A stretch of 20,279 nt of DNA, taken from assembly GCA_964389675.1 (NCBI GenBank), contig CAYMEV010000017.1, forward strand, positions 62,001-82,279, written 5' to 3'. The notes under the pieces are model-generated. The model was given only the letters and a program-made list of their open reading frames with translations. It ran no database searches and had not been told where the DNA came from. Below are positions 6,843 through 16,032 of this stretch, in pieces. This stretch comes from an uncultured Candidatus Sumerlaeota bacterium (lineage in GTDB: Bacteria > CAYMEV01). The position numbers and the translations under genes were made by a program. Every line of letters starts with the position of its first letter. Position 1 is the stretch's first letter.

Positions 6843-9590
6843 CTAGAACTGATAAAGTATGGAAACATCCCAGTTCATCGGGCCTGCCCATCCGTTTGCA
6901 TCACCAAAGTTTGATGCGTCTGCTGTATATTCTGAGAGAATTGACTGCTGATCAAAAACATTGTAGATATCTGCAATAAATGTGAGCTTGCCGAATTTGC
7001 CAAGATCAAAGTCATGCTGTAATGATATATCTGCAAACCATACACTCGGCAGTTCATAGTATCCTCTGCCTTCGTCAGATATAACATTGGTACCATAGCT
7101 GGGTCCGCCTGTTATCCTTTCTGCCTTGACCAGTTTTGAATAATGGTATCCTGATCTCCAGAATGCTGAGATACCAACAGATGTTCCCCAGTTGAACATA
7201 TATGAAGCATTGAGTTTTACATAATGTGTTACGTCATATGGTGTCGGGCCGTAGAGATTCTCGCTGAGTTCAGGGGTATCATAGTAGTATGATGTATAGG
7301 TGATTCCTGAACTTCCCTGGTTGGTATCAAATACTGTACCTTCTGCTTCTGCATAGGTATAGGATGCCATAAGGGTAAGATTCTTCAGCTTTGCGTTTGT
7401 ATAGAGCTCAAGGCCCCAGTAATCCCTCTTTGCCTCTTCAATTGTTCTGAAATTATAATAGTAATAGCCTATCGTTTCGGTATAAACACCAAGGTCTTCA
7501 GTGCCCGGGCCATTCCAGAGCAGGTTTCCGTCTGTATCATAGTAAACTCCATGATCTTCGCCGATATCCCTTGTTTTCTTTTCTGTATAGCTTATACCTG
7601 CAGACCAGTTTGTAGAGATCTCTCTCTCATAGCCGATCGTGAATTCATCGGTGTATTCAGGCTTTACATCAGGGTCAATTGTGTCGAAGTTCTCGCCAGG
7701 TGATGTTGCTGATTCGAATTCCCAGTTCATTGTGTCAGGATTCCACCTGTATGTTTCAGTCCATGAAAGGTCTTCGTTTGCCAGCTGAGCGCACATTGTT
7801 GACCATATTGTATAGAACCTTCCCCAGAAGATATTCAGTTTATGCTTGCCTGTGTTTCCAATATCCCATACAAAGCCTATCCTTGGTGCTATCATGTCGG
7901 TTAGGTCATGCTTGAACACGCTTCTGTCCCTATTATTAAATCCCTCATGGGATTCGAACCTGACACCTATATTGGCTGTAAAGCCTTCTATAAAATCAGG
8001 TCTCCACTTGTCCTGGACATAGAATGCATAGTATTTTCCCCTTGCGGTCTCAAGGCTCTGGTCATGCCTTACAACCCTTGTTGAATCATCTGTCCAGTAC
8101 TGAGGATCATCATATGGGCCGTATTCATCAAATGTATAGCTGTCGTTCAGGTAGATATTGTATGATTCATCAGGATAGAAATATCCGCCATAGCTTTCCA
8201 TATCATGGTATGAAATACCGGTTTTCCATTCATGGCTTCCTGCAACATCTGACATGAAGTATTTTGCAGAAATATCAACGCTGTCCCTGTTCCTGTCTGT
8301 CTCATAGGAGAAGCCGAGCCCTCCAAGGTTTATTACACCATAGCTTGTATCGGGATGATGATATGTATAATCTGTATCCATGGAGTTGGCTTTGATATTC
8401 AGTACCTGCCTGCCTATGCCTATCTTTGTTTCCAAGAACAGGTTCTGGTTTACTATCCATGTCCAGTTCAGCCCGTATGTATTTCCGCCCTGTTCCCAGT
8501 CACCGAGTGATTCTGATGAAAGTGTGCCTGTGCCGAGTCCTTCATCATTAGCCTGTGTCATCGGGTCTGAGTTCCATGTAAGAAAAACCTGATGCTCGGG
8601 GGTAATGGACCATGTCAGTTTTGCATACATATACTGCCAGAGCTCATCTCTATCCCATACTGTCTCCTCATAGTCGCCTGTTGCCCAGTTGATTCTCCTT
8701 ACAGCCTGCTCTCCCTCGATCTCTATTCTTCTGTATGTAACAAAGAACCAGAGCTTGTCCTTCATAATTGGACCGCCGATTGAGAGGGTAGGCTCAATTC
8801 TTGATGAGCCTTCTGATTCGGCATAATAATCTGAGTCAAGCTCCCAGGAGGGATCGAAATATTTCAGCCTTAGGCTGCCTGAGAACTCATTACCTCCTGA
8901 CTTGGTAACAGTATTGATAACACCACCTGAAACCCTGCCGAACTCAGCGGGCATACCGCCGGTCAGAACCTCAGTCTCTGCAACTGCGTCAGCATTAAGG
9001 TTGGCTCCAAATGTACCTGTCAGAGGGTCAGTTGTATCAACGCCGTCAAACATATAAAGGTTGGAGAACCTCTGTCCTCCACGGACCCTTACATTACCGG
9101 CACCAGTGGTACCGCCCTGCATTGAAAGGCTTGACTGGTAATTATCAGAACCAGGAAGCCTCTCTGTAAAATCCCTGTCAACATTAACACCGGATGTTGA
9201 TGATGTTGTATCAAGCACAGGAGCTGCACCTGTAATAACAACCTGCTCCTCGAATGCAACTTCCTTGAGCTGTACATCAACCTGTGATATCTTGTTGACA
9301 ACTACTTCCAGGCCTGTCCTTAAAACAGTCTGGAAACCCATCATTCTGAATTCCAGCTGATAGCCCTTTCCTGGAGGTAATTCTATCAGTCTGTACCTTC
9401 CGTTCTCATCAGTTGTGTAATACCTCGGCTGTAAAAGTGCTGGTGATTCAGCTTTTACTACAACGCCTGGCAATGGATCTCCCTGATCATCAGTAACTGT
9501 GCCTTCGAAAGCACCCCTTACCTGTGCATAGGAGATAAGTGTACCAAGCATAAGAATAAAAGCAAATAGTACGAACAATTTCTTGGTCAT
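6843..9590 (-). CDS. Oar-like TonB-dependent receptor with N-terminal carboxypeptidase-regulatory-like domain (paralogue 1, ~915 aa)
   Basis: Signal peptide MTKKLFVLFAFILMLGTLISYA; N-domain GTVTDDQGDPLPGV...TTDENGRY; plug MPAEFGRVSGGVINTVTKSGGNEFSG; barrel motifs YVQDKW, APRIGFVWD, DIYNVFD; terminal Phe (YQF). Start moved from 9677 to 9590 because of SD AAGGAGG and the signal peptide. Confidence 0.9.
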   Translation of the reverse strand: MTKKLFVLFAFILMLGTLISYAQVRGAFEGTVTDDQGDPLPGVVVKAESPALLQPRYYTTDENGRYRLIELPPGKGYQLEFRMMGFQTVLRTGLEVVVNKISQVDVQLKEVAFEEQVVITGAAPVLDTTSSTSGVNVDRDFTERLPGSDNYQSSLSMQGGTTGAGNVRVRGGQRFSNLYMFDGVDTTDPLTGTFGANLNADAVAETEVLTGGMPAEFGRVSGGVINTVTKSGGNEFSGSLRLKYFDPSWELDSDYYAESEGSSRIEPTLSIGGPIMKDKLWFFVTYRRIEIEGEQAVRRINWATGDYEETVWDRDELWQYMYAKLTWSITPEHQVFLTWNSDPMTQANDEGLGTGTLSSESLGDWEQGGNTYGLNWTWIVNQNLFLETKIGIGRQVLNIKANSMDTDYTYHHPDTSYGVINLGGLGFSYETDRNRDSVDISAKYFMSDVAGSHEWKTGISYHDMESYGGYFYPDESYNIYLNDSYTFDEYGPYDDPQYWTDDSTRVVRHDQSLETARGKYYAFYVQDKWRPDFIEGFTANIGVRFESHEGFNNRDRSVFKHDLTDMIAPRIGFVWDIGNTGKHKLNIFWGRFYTIWSTMCAQLANEDLSWTETYRWNPDTMNWEFESATSPGENFDTIDPDVKPEYTDEFTIGYEREISTNWSAGISYTEKKTRDIGEDHGVYYDTDGNLLWNGPGTEDLGVYTETIGYYYYNFRTIEEAKRDYWGLELYTNAKLKNLTLMASYTYAEAEGTVFDTNQGSSGITYTSYYYDTPELSENLYGPTPYDVTHYVKLNASYMFNWGTSVGISAFWRSGYHYSKLVKAERITGGPSYGTNVISDEGRGYYELPSVWFADISLQHDFDLGKFGKLTFIADIYNVFDQQSILSEYTADASNFGDANGWAGPMNWDVSILYQF

Positions 9591-9936
9591 AAAACCTAAA
9601 TGTCCTCCTTCTTTTATTTTTTGTGTTTTTTTATGCTTCTTTACATAGAACAACATTTTGAAAAGATATAGCTTCATAAAAAATAATCAAGAAAAAAAAT
9701 AAAAAACAATAAATTAATATATTCTTAAGGATTCTTTAATTATTTTTATATATATATGCAGATATGCCCCTGATATTATTGGCCTCTTCATTTATTTATG
9801 CATAAAGCAATATAATTATGTCACTTATTTAATTTATTAATATTTTTAACCCCGAGATCTAAAGCAGTAAGAATAGAATGCAAAAATGATTCATCATAAT
9901 TAATGGGATATATCATATCTATAATTCAGGTTCTTT

Positions 9937-9972
9937 AAAAAAAAGGGGATAACAGCCGAAGCCATTATCCCC
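9937..9972 (-). terminator. Intrinsic terminator of TBDR paralogue 2
   Basis: Minus strand GGGGATAATGGC-TTCG-GCTGTTATCCCC-T8: 12-bp stem with two G:U pairs and a C(UUCG)G tetraloop. Confidence 0.93.
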
Positions 9973-9994
9973 GAAATGAAATTCAGTTTATTTG

Positions 9995-12778
9995 TTAGAA
10001 TTCGTACTTAAGAGCAACCTGCCAGTTCATGGGTGTTTCCCAGGCTGTTTCATCTCCGAAGGTGCTGTCTGCTCTCTGGCTTACGCCAATTGCACCCTGC
10101 CAGTTGGTAACATTGAATATATCACCAATGAGTGTAAGCTTGCCCCATTTTCCAAGATGGAAATCATGCTGTATGGAGATATCGACTGTGTGCGAATCAG
10201 GCAGATTATATGCACCCATACCCTCATCAGATATTACAGTCCATCCTTCACTGGTTCCTCCTGGCCCGTTGATCCTTTCGCCCTGTATAAGCTTTGAGTA
10301 GGGCTGTCCTGATGCCCAGTTTGCCATGATGCCTATTGATGTACCCCAGGAGAACATGTAATTTGCACTAAGTTTAACATTATGCTCAGTGCTGTATGGA
10401 ATAAATCCGTAGAGATTGTCTGAAAGGTTTGGAGTATCATATGAGTTTGTAAAATAGGATATGGAGCTTGAACCCCAAGTTTCATGGCCGTCATATGCTG
10501 TACCCTTGCTTTCTGAATAGGTGTAGGATGCAATAACAGTTAAATTGCTCATCTTGGCTGTTGAATAAAGCTCAACACCCCAGTAATCCCTCTTGTTTCC
10601 AGGAATAGTCGCTGCAAGGTAATATGAGTTTGCAACATATGTATCTTCATCATAGAGGAAACTTCCGTCAGTTCCCGGTCCTCCCCACATTACATTCCCT
10701 TCCTCGTCCAGGAATATTGTATAGTCTTCCGGGATATCCCTTGTAAGTTTGCGTGTATAGCTGATTCCTGCTGACAGGTTGTCTGCAAGCTCTCTCTCAT
10801 AACCTAGAGTAAATTCATCAGTATACTCAGGTTTTACATCAGGGTCAATAGAGTTATGATAAAGCCCAGGTGTGGTAGCTCCTTCAAATTCCCAGCCTGA
10901 ATCAGGGTCTGAACCGTCATAGAGGTCAGGATTCCATCTGAACCTTTCAGTCCAGGAATTATTTACCTCTGCAAAATCTGCAAACATTGTTGACCATATG
11001 CTGTAGAACCTACCCACAAAGAGATTCAGCTTGTGCTTGCCTGTATTTCCGATATCCCATACAAAGCCGAGCCTCGGTGCTATCATGTCAAAGAAATCAT
11101 GCTTATAAACGCTGTCATCAACATTATTGAAGCCTTCCTGTGATTCAAACCTTATACCTACATTTGCAGTAAAACCATCGATGAAATCTGGTCTCCACTT
11201 ATCCTGGATATAGAATGCATAGTATTTTAATGTTGCCCCGCCTGCTATATCATCATGCCTTATGGTCCTTGTTGAATCATCTGTCCAGTATGCAGGATTG
11301 TTCCAGTCATTTACACCGCCTGAATATGAATCATCAAGATAGATCAGGAATGATTCAGGAAGATAGAAATAACCGCCAAAACTTTCCATATTATGATGTG
11401 AAATGCCAGCCTTCCATTCGTGGCTTCCTGCTACATCAGTCATAAAGTACTTAGCGCTTATATCATAGGAATCCCTGTCCCTGTCAGTCTGGTAGGACCA
11501 TCCAAGACCGCCTGCATTTATTCCATCATAGTCAGGAAAGTTGACAGTAATTGCAGGATCACTGCTGTATGCTTCAATATTGAGTTCCTGCCTGCCTATA
11601 CCTATCTTTGTCTCAATAAACAGGTTCTGGTTTACTATCCAGGTCCAGTTCAGGCCGTATGAATTGCCGCCCTGCTGCCATTCACCCAGAGAATTTGCAG
11701 AAACGGTACCTCTGCCGACTCCGTAGCCATTATCCCTTGTCATTGGGTCAGAGGACCATGTTGCAAAGATCTGGTGTTCAGGGCTTACTGCCCATGTCAG
11801 TTTTGCATAGTAATAACCCCAGACATCATCCTGAGGCCATACTGTTTCTGTAATATTGCCGTCAGGCCAGTTGCTTCTCTGAACGACTGTCTCTCTTTCA
11901 ATCTCGATCCTCTTCAGTGTAAAGAAAAACCAGAGCTTGTCCTTCATTATCGGGCCGCCAAGCATTACGGTAGGCTCAAACCTTGATGTTCCGCCTGTTT
12001 CCTCATAGTGGTCTGAATCAAGCTCCCATGAAGGATCATAATACTTGATCCTGAAACCGCCTGAAAATTCATTACCGCCTGACTTTGTTACTGTGTTTAT
12101 GACACCGCCTGAAACCCTTCCGAATTCTGCGGGCATACCGCCTGTCATGATCTCGGTTTCAGCAATTGCATCTGCATTCAGGTTAGCGCCAAATGTTCCT
12201 GTAAGGGGATCTGTAGTATCAACACCGTCAAAGAAGTAAACATTGTTGAATCTCATACCTCCCCTGACTGACGGGTTGCCGCCGCCTGTCTGGGTTGTTC
12301 CACCCTGGAGCTGCAGCTGTGTCTGGTAATTGTCAGCACCGGGAAGTCTTTCTGAGAACTCTCTCTCAACATTTACGCCTGAGGTCGATGATGTTGTATC
12401 CAGTACAGGGGCAGCCCCTGTAATGATAACCTGTTCCTCAAATGCAACCTCTTTCAGCTGGACATCAACCCTTGTAATCTTGTTTACCACAACGCTGATA
12501 CCGGTTCTTAAAACGGTCTGGAATCCCATCATTTTGAACTCAATCTGGTAATCTGCACCAGGTGTGAGCTCAATAAGCCTGTATGCTCCGTTTTCATCTG
12601 TTGTGTAATACCTTGGCTGAATAAGGGTGGATGACTCTGCCTTTACAACAACCCCTGGAAGAGGCTCGCCGTTTTCATCTGTAACAGCTCCCTCAATTGA
12701 ACCTCTAAGCTGAGCAAACATGGAAACTGAACCTAAAAGAAAAACACAAAGAAGCATTATCCATAGTTTTTTTGCCAT
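9995..12778 (-). CDS. Oar-like TonB-dependent receptor with N-terminal carboxypeptidase-regulatory-like domain (paralogue 2, ~927 aa)
   Basis: Same architecture and colinear with 6843..9590. Signal peptide MAKKLWIMLLCVFLLGSVSMFA; terminal YEF. Start moved from 12856 to 12778 because of SD AAGGAGGT. Confidence 0.9.
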   Translation of the reverse strand: MAKKLWIMLLCVFLLGSVSMFAQLRGSIEGAVTDENGEPLPGVVVKAESSTLIQPRYYTTDENGAYRLIELTPGADYQIEFKMMGFQTVLRTGISVVVNKITRVDVQLKEVAFEEQVIITGAAPVLDTTSSTSGVNVEREFSERLPGADNYQTQLQLQGGTTQTGGGNPSVRGGMRFNNVYFFDGVDTTDPLTGTFGANLNADAIAETEIMTGGMPAEFGRVSGGVINTVTKSGGNEFSGGFRIKYYDPSWELDSDHYEETGGTSRFEPTVMLGGPIMKDKLWFFFTLKRIEIERETVVQRSNWPDGNITETVWPQDDVWGYYYAKLTWAVSPEHQIFATWSSDPMTRDNGYGVGRGTVSANSLGEWQQGGNSYGLNWTWIVNQNLFIETKIGIGRQELNIEAYSSDPAITVNFPDYDGINAGGLGWSYQTDRDRDSYDISAKYFMTDVAGSHEWKAGISHHNMESFGGYFYLPESFLIYLDDSYSGGVNDWNNPAYWTDDSTRTIRHDDIAGGATLKYYAFYIQDKWRPDFIDGFTANVGIRFESQEGFNNVDDSVYKHDFFDMIAPRLGFVWDIGNTGKHKLNLFVGRFYSIWSTMFADFAEVNNSWTERFRWNPDLYDGSDPDSGWEFEGATTPGLYHNSIDPDVKPEYTDEFTLGYERELADNLSAGISYTRKLTRDIPEDYTIFLDEEGNVMWGGPGTDGSFLYDEDTYVANSYYLAATIPGNKRDYWGVELYSTAKMSNLTVIASYTYSESKGTAYDGHETWGSSSISYFTNSYDTPNLSDNLYGFIPYSTEHNVKLSANYMFSWGTSIGIMANWASGQPYSKLIQGERINGPGGTSEGWTVISDEGMGAYNLPDSHTVDISIQHDFHLGKWGKLTLIGDIFNVTNWQGAIGVSQRADSTFGDETAWETPMNWQVALKYEF

Positions 12779-12972
12779 AGTACTTATGACCTCCTTTTCA
12801 ATTTTTTTGTATTGGTTTTTTGTTTTTTTGCTTTTATATGCATAATGTAATTTCACTTACCCTTATTTAACCGGATAATATCCAAAATAATTGAAACAAT
12901 TACATTGAAATATGAGTAATTACATATATTAAAAGAATTTTTTTCTATTACAATATTCATCCTTAATCTTAT

Positions 12973-13002
12973 GTTTTAACATAATGATCCTTGTCCTGTC
13001 AA
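12973..13002 (-). promoter_or_regulatory. Possible sigma70 promoter for TBDR paralogue 2
   Basis: Minus strand TTGACA (13002-12997), 18 nt, TAAAAC preceded by TGT. The -10 is imperfect and the background is AT-rich. Confidence 0.35.
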
Positions 13003-13161
13003 GCTATTTTATTAATATTTTAACTGAAAACTCACCTGGTATATAAAAGCCCGCCTTCAATATTTCCTGATATGGAGCATTTTCCATATATCTGCCATGG
13101 CCTTTCCTGGAATTTTATTATCAGGCCACAGCAAAAAAATATAAATTTTCTCTTTTTTTTA

Positions 13162-13190
13162 TTTACAATTAGCACTATATATTGTATAGT
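13162..13190 (+). promoter_or_regulatory. Putative sigma70 promoter of nrdJ
   Basis: TTTACA (13162-13167), 17 nt, TATAGT (13185-13190). It overlaps NrdR box 1. Confidence 0.7.
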
Positions 13191-13218
13191 TGCATTTAAA
13201 TAACACAATATAAGGTGG
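13172..13218 (+). promoter_or_regulatory. Tandem NrdR boxes
   Basis: GCACTATATATTGTAT (13172-13187) and ACACAATATAAGGTGG (13203-13218) match the consensus acaCwAtATaTwGtg. Their starts are 31 bp apart, the usual NrdR tandem spacing, and they lie directly upstream of an RNR gene. Confidence 0.85.
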
Positions 13219-13225
13219 GTGGAAC

Positions 13226-15730
13226 ATGAAAGAACTAAATTTTTTTGCAGAGAATCAAAAGGATCTGGACTATCAGAAAATCAGAAGATATATCAGCGAT
13301 AAACATAAGGATCTTGCAGAAAAAGACATATCCAGGCTGATGGATTACCTGAATGACCAGTTAAGGGAAATATCAAAGGAAAGCCTTGACAATAATATCA
13401 TTAAAAGCCTGATACAGAACCATGTAAAGATGATGCAGAACGGCAGGCCCAAAACCATTGCAAAAAAAGACCGGCCCTCAATAAAGCTTTCTGATAACTC
13501 AAAAACTGTACTGGAGAAAAGATACCTTAAAAAGGATTCAAAAGGCATGCTTGTAGAAACCCCGGAAGATATGCTCTGGAGAATTACGAACAGCATCGCT
13601 GATTTTGACCATGAGAAAGAAGAGAAAAAACTCGCACAGCTGAAATCCAGGTTCTTTGAGATGATGTCCATGCTTGATTTTCTTCCCAATTCACCGACAA
13701 TAATGAACGCAGGCACTAGCCTGCAGCAGCTTTCAGCATGCTTTGTCCTTCCTATAAAGGATTCAATGGAGGATATCTTTGAGACTATTAAGAATGCTGC
13801 TTTAATTCATAAAAGCGGAGGCGGAACAGGATTCTCCTTCTCCCGTATCAGGCCTGCAAATGATATGGTCCTTTCAACCAAGGGTGTCTCATCAGGGCCT
13901 GTCTCATTCATGAAGGTATTCAATTCCGCTACCGAGACCATTAAGCAGGGGGGCAGAAGAAGAGGGGCCAATATGGCCATACTGAGGGTAGATCATCCCG
14001 ATATACTTGATTTTATAAATTCCAAGAAGAATACAAAGGAACTCAATAACTTCAATATATCTGTCGCCCTGACAGAGGAATTTATGGAAGCGGTCGAATT
14101 CGATGAAAAATACAGCCTTGTCAACCCCAGGAACAACAAACCCTCAGGGGAATTAAAGGCAAGGGAGGTTTTCGAACTGATAGTAAATAATGCATATGAA
14201 ACCGGCGAACCCGGCATAATATTCCTTGACAGGATAAACAAGGACAATATCACTCCATCGATTGGCGAAATAGAAAGCACCAACCCCTGCGGTGAACAGC
14301 CTTTGCTTCCCTATGAATCATGCAATCTGGGCTCTATAAACCTGGCTAACATGGTTATAACGGATAAACAGGGTCAGACGGAAATTGACTGGGACCACCT
14401 CAAGGAGACCATACACCTTGCTGTAAGATTCCTGGACAATGTAATTGATGCAAACAGATACCCCCTTGATAAGATAAGGGAGGTAACGCTTTCAAACAGA
14501 AAAATCGGCCTTGGGATAATGGGTTTTGCAGACCTGCTTTTTATGATGGGATTACCCTATAACAGCCAGAAAGGAATCAGTATCGGCGAAAAGATAATGA
14601 AATTCGTCAGGGATGAGGCGATTGCAGCATCTCAGGATCTTGCAGAAATTCGCGGACCCTTTCCGAACTGGAATGTCTCCACACTAAGGGACATCTATAA
14701 AAAACCATTGAGAAATGCCACACTTACAACAATTGCGCCGACGGGGACATTAAGCATAATAGCAAACTGCTCATCAGGAATAGAACCTCTGTTCTCCCTG
14801 GCTTTTGAGAGAAATGTTATGGATAATACAAAACTTAAAGAAATTCACCCTTATTTTAATTCTGTAAGCAGGAAAAGAAATTTCTTTAGTGAAAGCATGG
14901 TCAATGACATACTGAAGCAGGGCTCAATCCAGGATATAGAATATATTCCCCAGGATATTAAGAAGATTTTCGTAACAGCTATGGATATTTCGCCAAAATG
15001 GCATGTTAAAATGCAGGCTGCCTTCCAGAAATATACGGATAATGCAGTATCAAAGACCGTAAATTTCCCTGAAAAATGCAGAAAGGATGATGTGAAGGAT
15101 GTATTTAAGCTTGCCTATAAATACGGTTGCAAGGGGGTTACAATATACAGGCAGAATTCAAGGCCTGATCAGGTTCTTCAACTGACCAAAGGGCAGAAGA
15201 AACCGGAAATAAGAGCCCCGAGGATAAGGCCGGATGTTACTTTTGGCCGAACTGCAAGAATGAGGACAGGGTGCGGCAATTTATACATAACAATTAATGA
15301 GGACGATAAAGGGCTTTCCGAAGTCTTTATAAGAATGGGAAAAACAGGCGGATGCATATCCTCATATACTGAAGCTATTGGAAGGCTCATTTCCCTGGCA
15401 TTGCGTTCAGGTGTTGACATTAACAGCGTTACAAAGCAGCTCAAGGGCATAAGGTGCCCGAATCCGTCCTATACAAACAATGGATTTGTGGCAAGCTGTT
15501 CAGATGCCATAAGACAGGCTCTTGTAGATTACCTGAATGGCAGAAATGATTACAGAATGGTTGCAGATGATGGGAAAAAGAATGCTGATGAGGGCGAAAA
15601 GGAAGCGGAAGCTTCGCCTGATATCCTCAGCATAGGATTGTCGCCTGAATGCCCTGAATGCGGCAGCATACTGATAGTGGAAAGCAATTGTCTTTATTGC
15701 CGCAACTGCGGTTATTCAAAGTGCCCATAA
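13226..15730 (+). CDS. nrdJ: Class II (adenosylcobalamin-dependent) ribonucleotide reductase with C-terminal TSCPD-like domain and Cys4 ribbon
   Basis: LEKRYL, PNSPT, LSACFV, GGGTG, KQGGRRRGANM, TNPCGEQ (radical Cys), SCNLGS, IAPTG and KGVTIYR. Tail TGCGNLYITIN...SCSDAI and CPECG...CLYCRNCGYSKC. No adjacent nrdB. Confidence 0.93.
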   Translation: MKELNFFAENQKDLDYQKIRRYISDKHKDLAEKDISRLMDYLNDQLREISKESLDNNIIKSLIQNHVKMMQNGRPKTIAKKDRPSIKLSDNSKTVLEKRYLKKDSKGMLVETPEDMLWRITNSIADFDHEKEEKKLAQLKSRFFEMMSMLDFLPNSPTIMNAGTSLQQLSACFVLPIKDSMEDIFETIKNAALIHKSGGGTGFSFSRIRPANDMVLSTKGVSSGPVSFMKVFNSATETIKQGGRRRGANMAILRVDHPDILDFINSKKNTKELNNFNISVALTEEFMEAVEFDEKYSLVNPRNNKPSGELKAREVFELIVNNAYETGEPGIIFLDRINKDNITPSIGEIESTNPCGEQPLLPYESCNLGSINLANMVITDKQGQTEIDWDHLKETIHLAVRFLDNVIDANRYPLDKIREVTLSNRKIGLGIMGFADLLFMMGLPYNSQKGISIGEKIMKFVRDEAIAASQDLAEIRGPFPNWNVSTLRDIYKKPLRNATLTTIAPTGTLSIIANCSSGIEPLFSLAFERNVMDNTKLKEIHPYFNSVSRKRNFFSESMVNDILKQGSIQDIEYIPQDIKKIFVTAMDISPKWHVKMQAAFQKYTDNAVSKTVNFPEKCRKDDVKDVFKLAYKYGCKGVTIYRQNSRPDQVLQLTKGQKKPEIRAPRIRPDVTFGRTARMRTGCGNLYITINEDDKGLSEVFIRMGKTGGCISSYTEAIGRLISLALRSGVDINSVTKQLKGIRCPNPSYTNNGFVASCSDAIRQALVDYLNGRNDYRMVADDGKKNADEGEKEAEASPDILSIGLSPECPECGSILIVESNCLYCRNCGYSKCP

Positions 15731-15736
15731 AAGTTA

Positions 15737-15764
15737 TTGACATTTGTAAAATTTAAAATAATTT
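15737..15764 (+). promoter_or_regulatory. Possible promoter for the ferredoxin gene
   Basis: TTGACA (15737-15742), 16 nt, TAATTT. Confidence 0.4.
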
Positions 15765-15782
15765 TGTATTGTTTTCTACTAA

Positions 15783-15968
<186 letters not shown>

Positions 15969-15978
15969 ATTTAAATGT

Positions 15979-16020
15979 AGGAATGACGGGATGATCAGTC
16001 TCCCGTCATTCCTTGTATTT
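15979..16020 (+). terminator. Hairpin/terminator after the ferredoxin gene
   Basis: Perfect 13-bp stem AGGAATGACGGGA (15979-15991) / TCCCGTCATTCCT (16001-16013), followed by a weak T tail (TGTATTT). Confidence 0.75.
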
Positions 16021-16032
16021 GCCATTGTATTG

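Noticed and set aside
7679..12551. Many plus-strand ORFs antisense to the two TBDRs, some resembling each other
   Set aside because: These are shadow ORFs. Their mutual similarity follows from the paralogy of the real minus-strand genes, and they have no recognisable motifs.
6843..12778. Diversity-generating retroelement (template/variable repeat) behind the TBDR similarity
   Set aside because: Similarity spans both full-length genes, differences are mostly synonymous changes or indels rather than adenine-specific, and no reverse transcriptase is present.
13060..13135. Short inverted repeats (ATATGGA/TCCATAT, TGGCCT/AGGCCA) between TBDR-2 and nrdJ as an sRNA or riboswitch
   Set aside because: The stems are only 6-7 bp and match no RNA family I recognise; this cannot be supported without covariation data.
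6716..13140. TBDR pair as a genomic island integrated at tRNA-Ala
   Set aside because: No integrase, and no duplicated tRNA 3' end on the far side (only a 6-nt CCCGCC near 13050). The tRNA is followed directly by its terminator.
13226..15730. Intein or intron in nrdJ (a frequent host)
   Set aside because: All catalytic motifs are contiguous at normal spacing (SACFV, TNPCGEQ, SCNLGS, IAPTG), with no insertion or intein terminal motifs.
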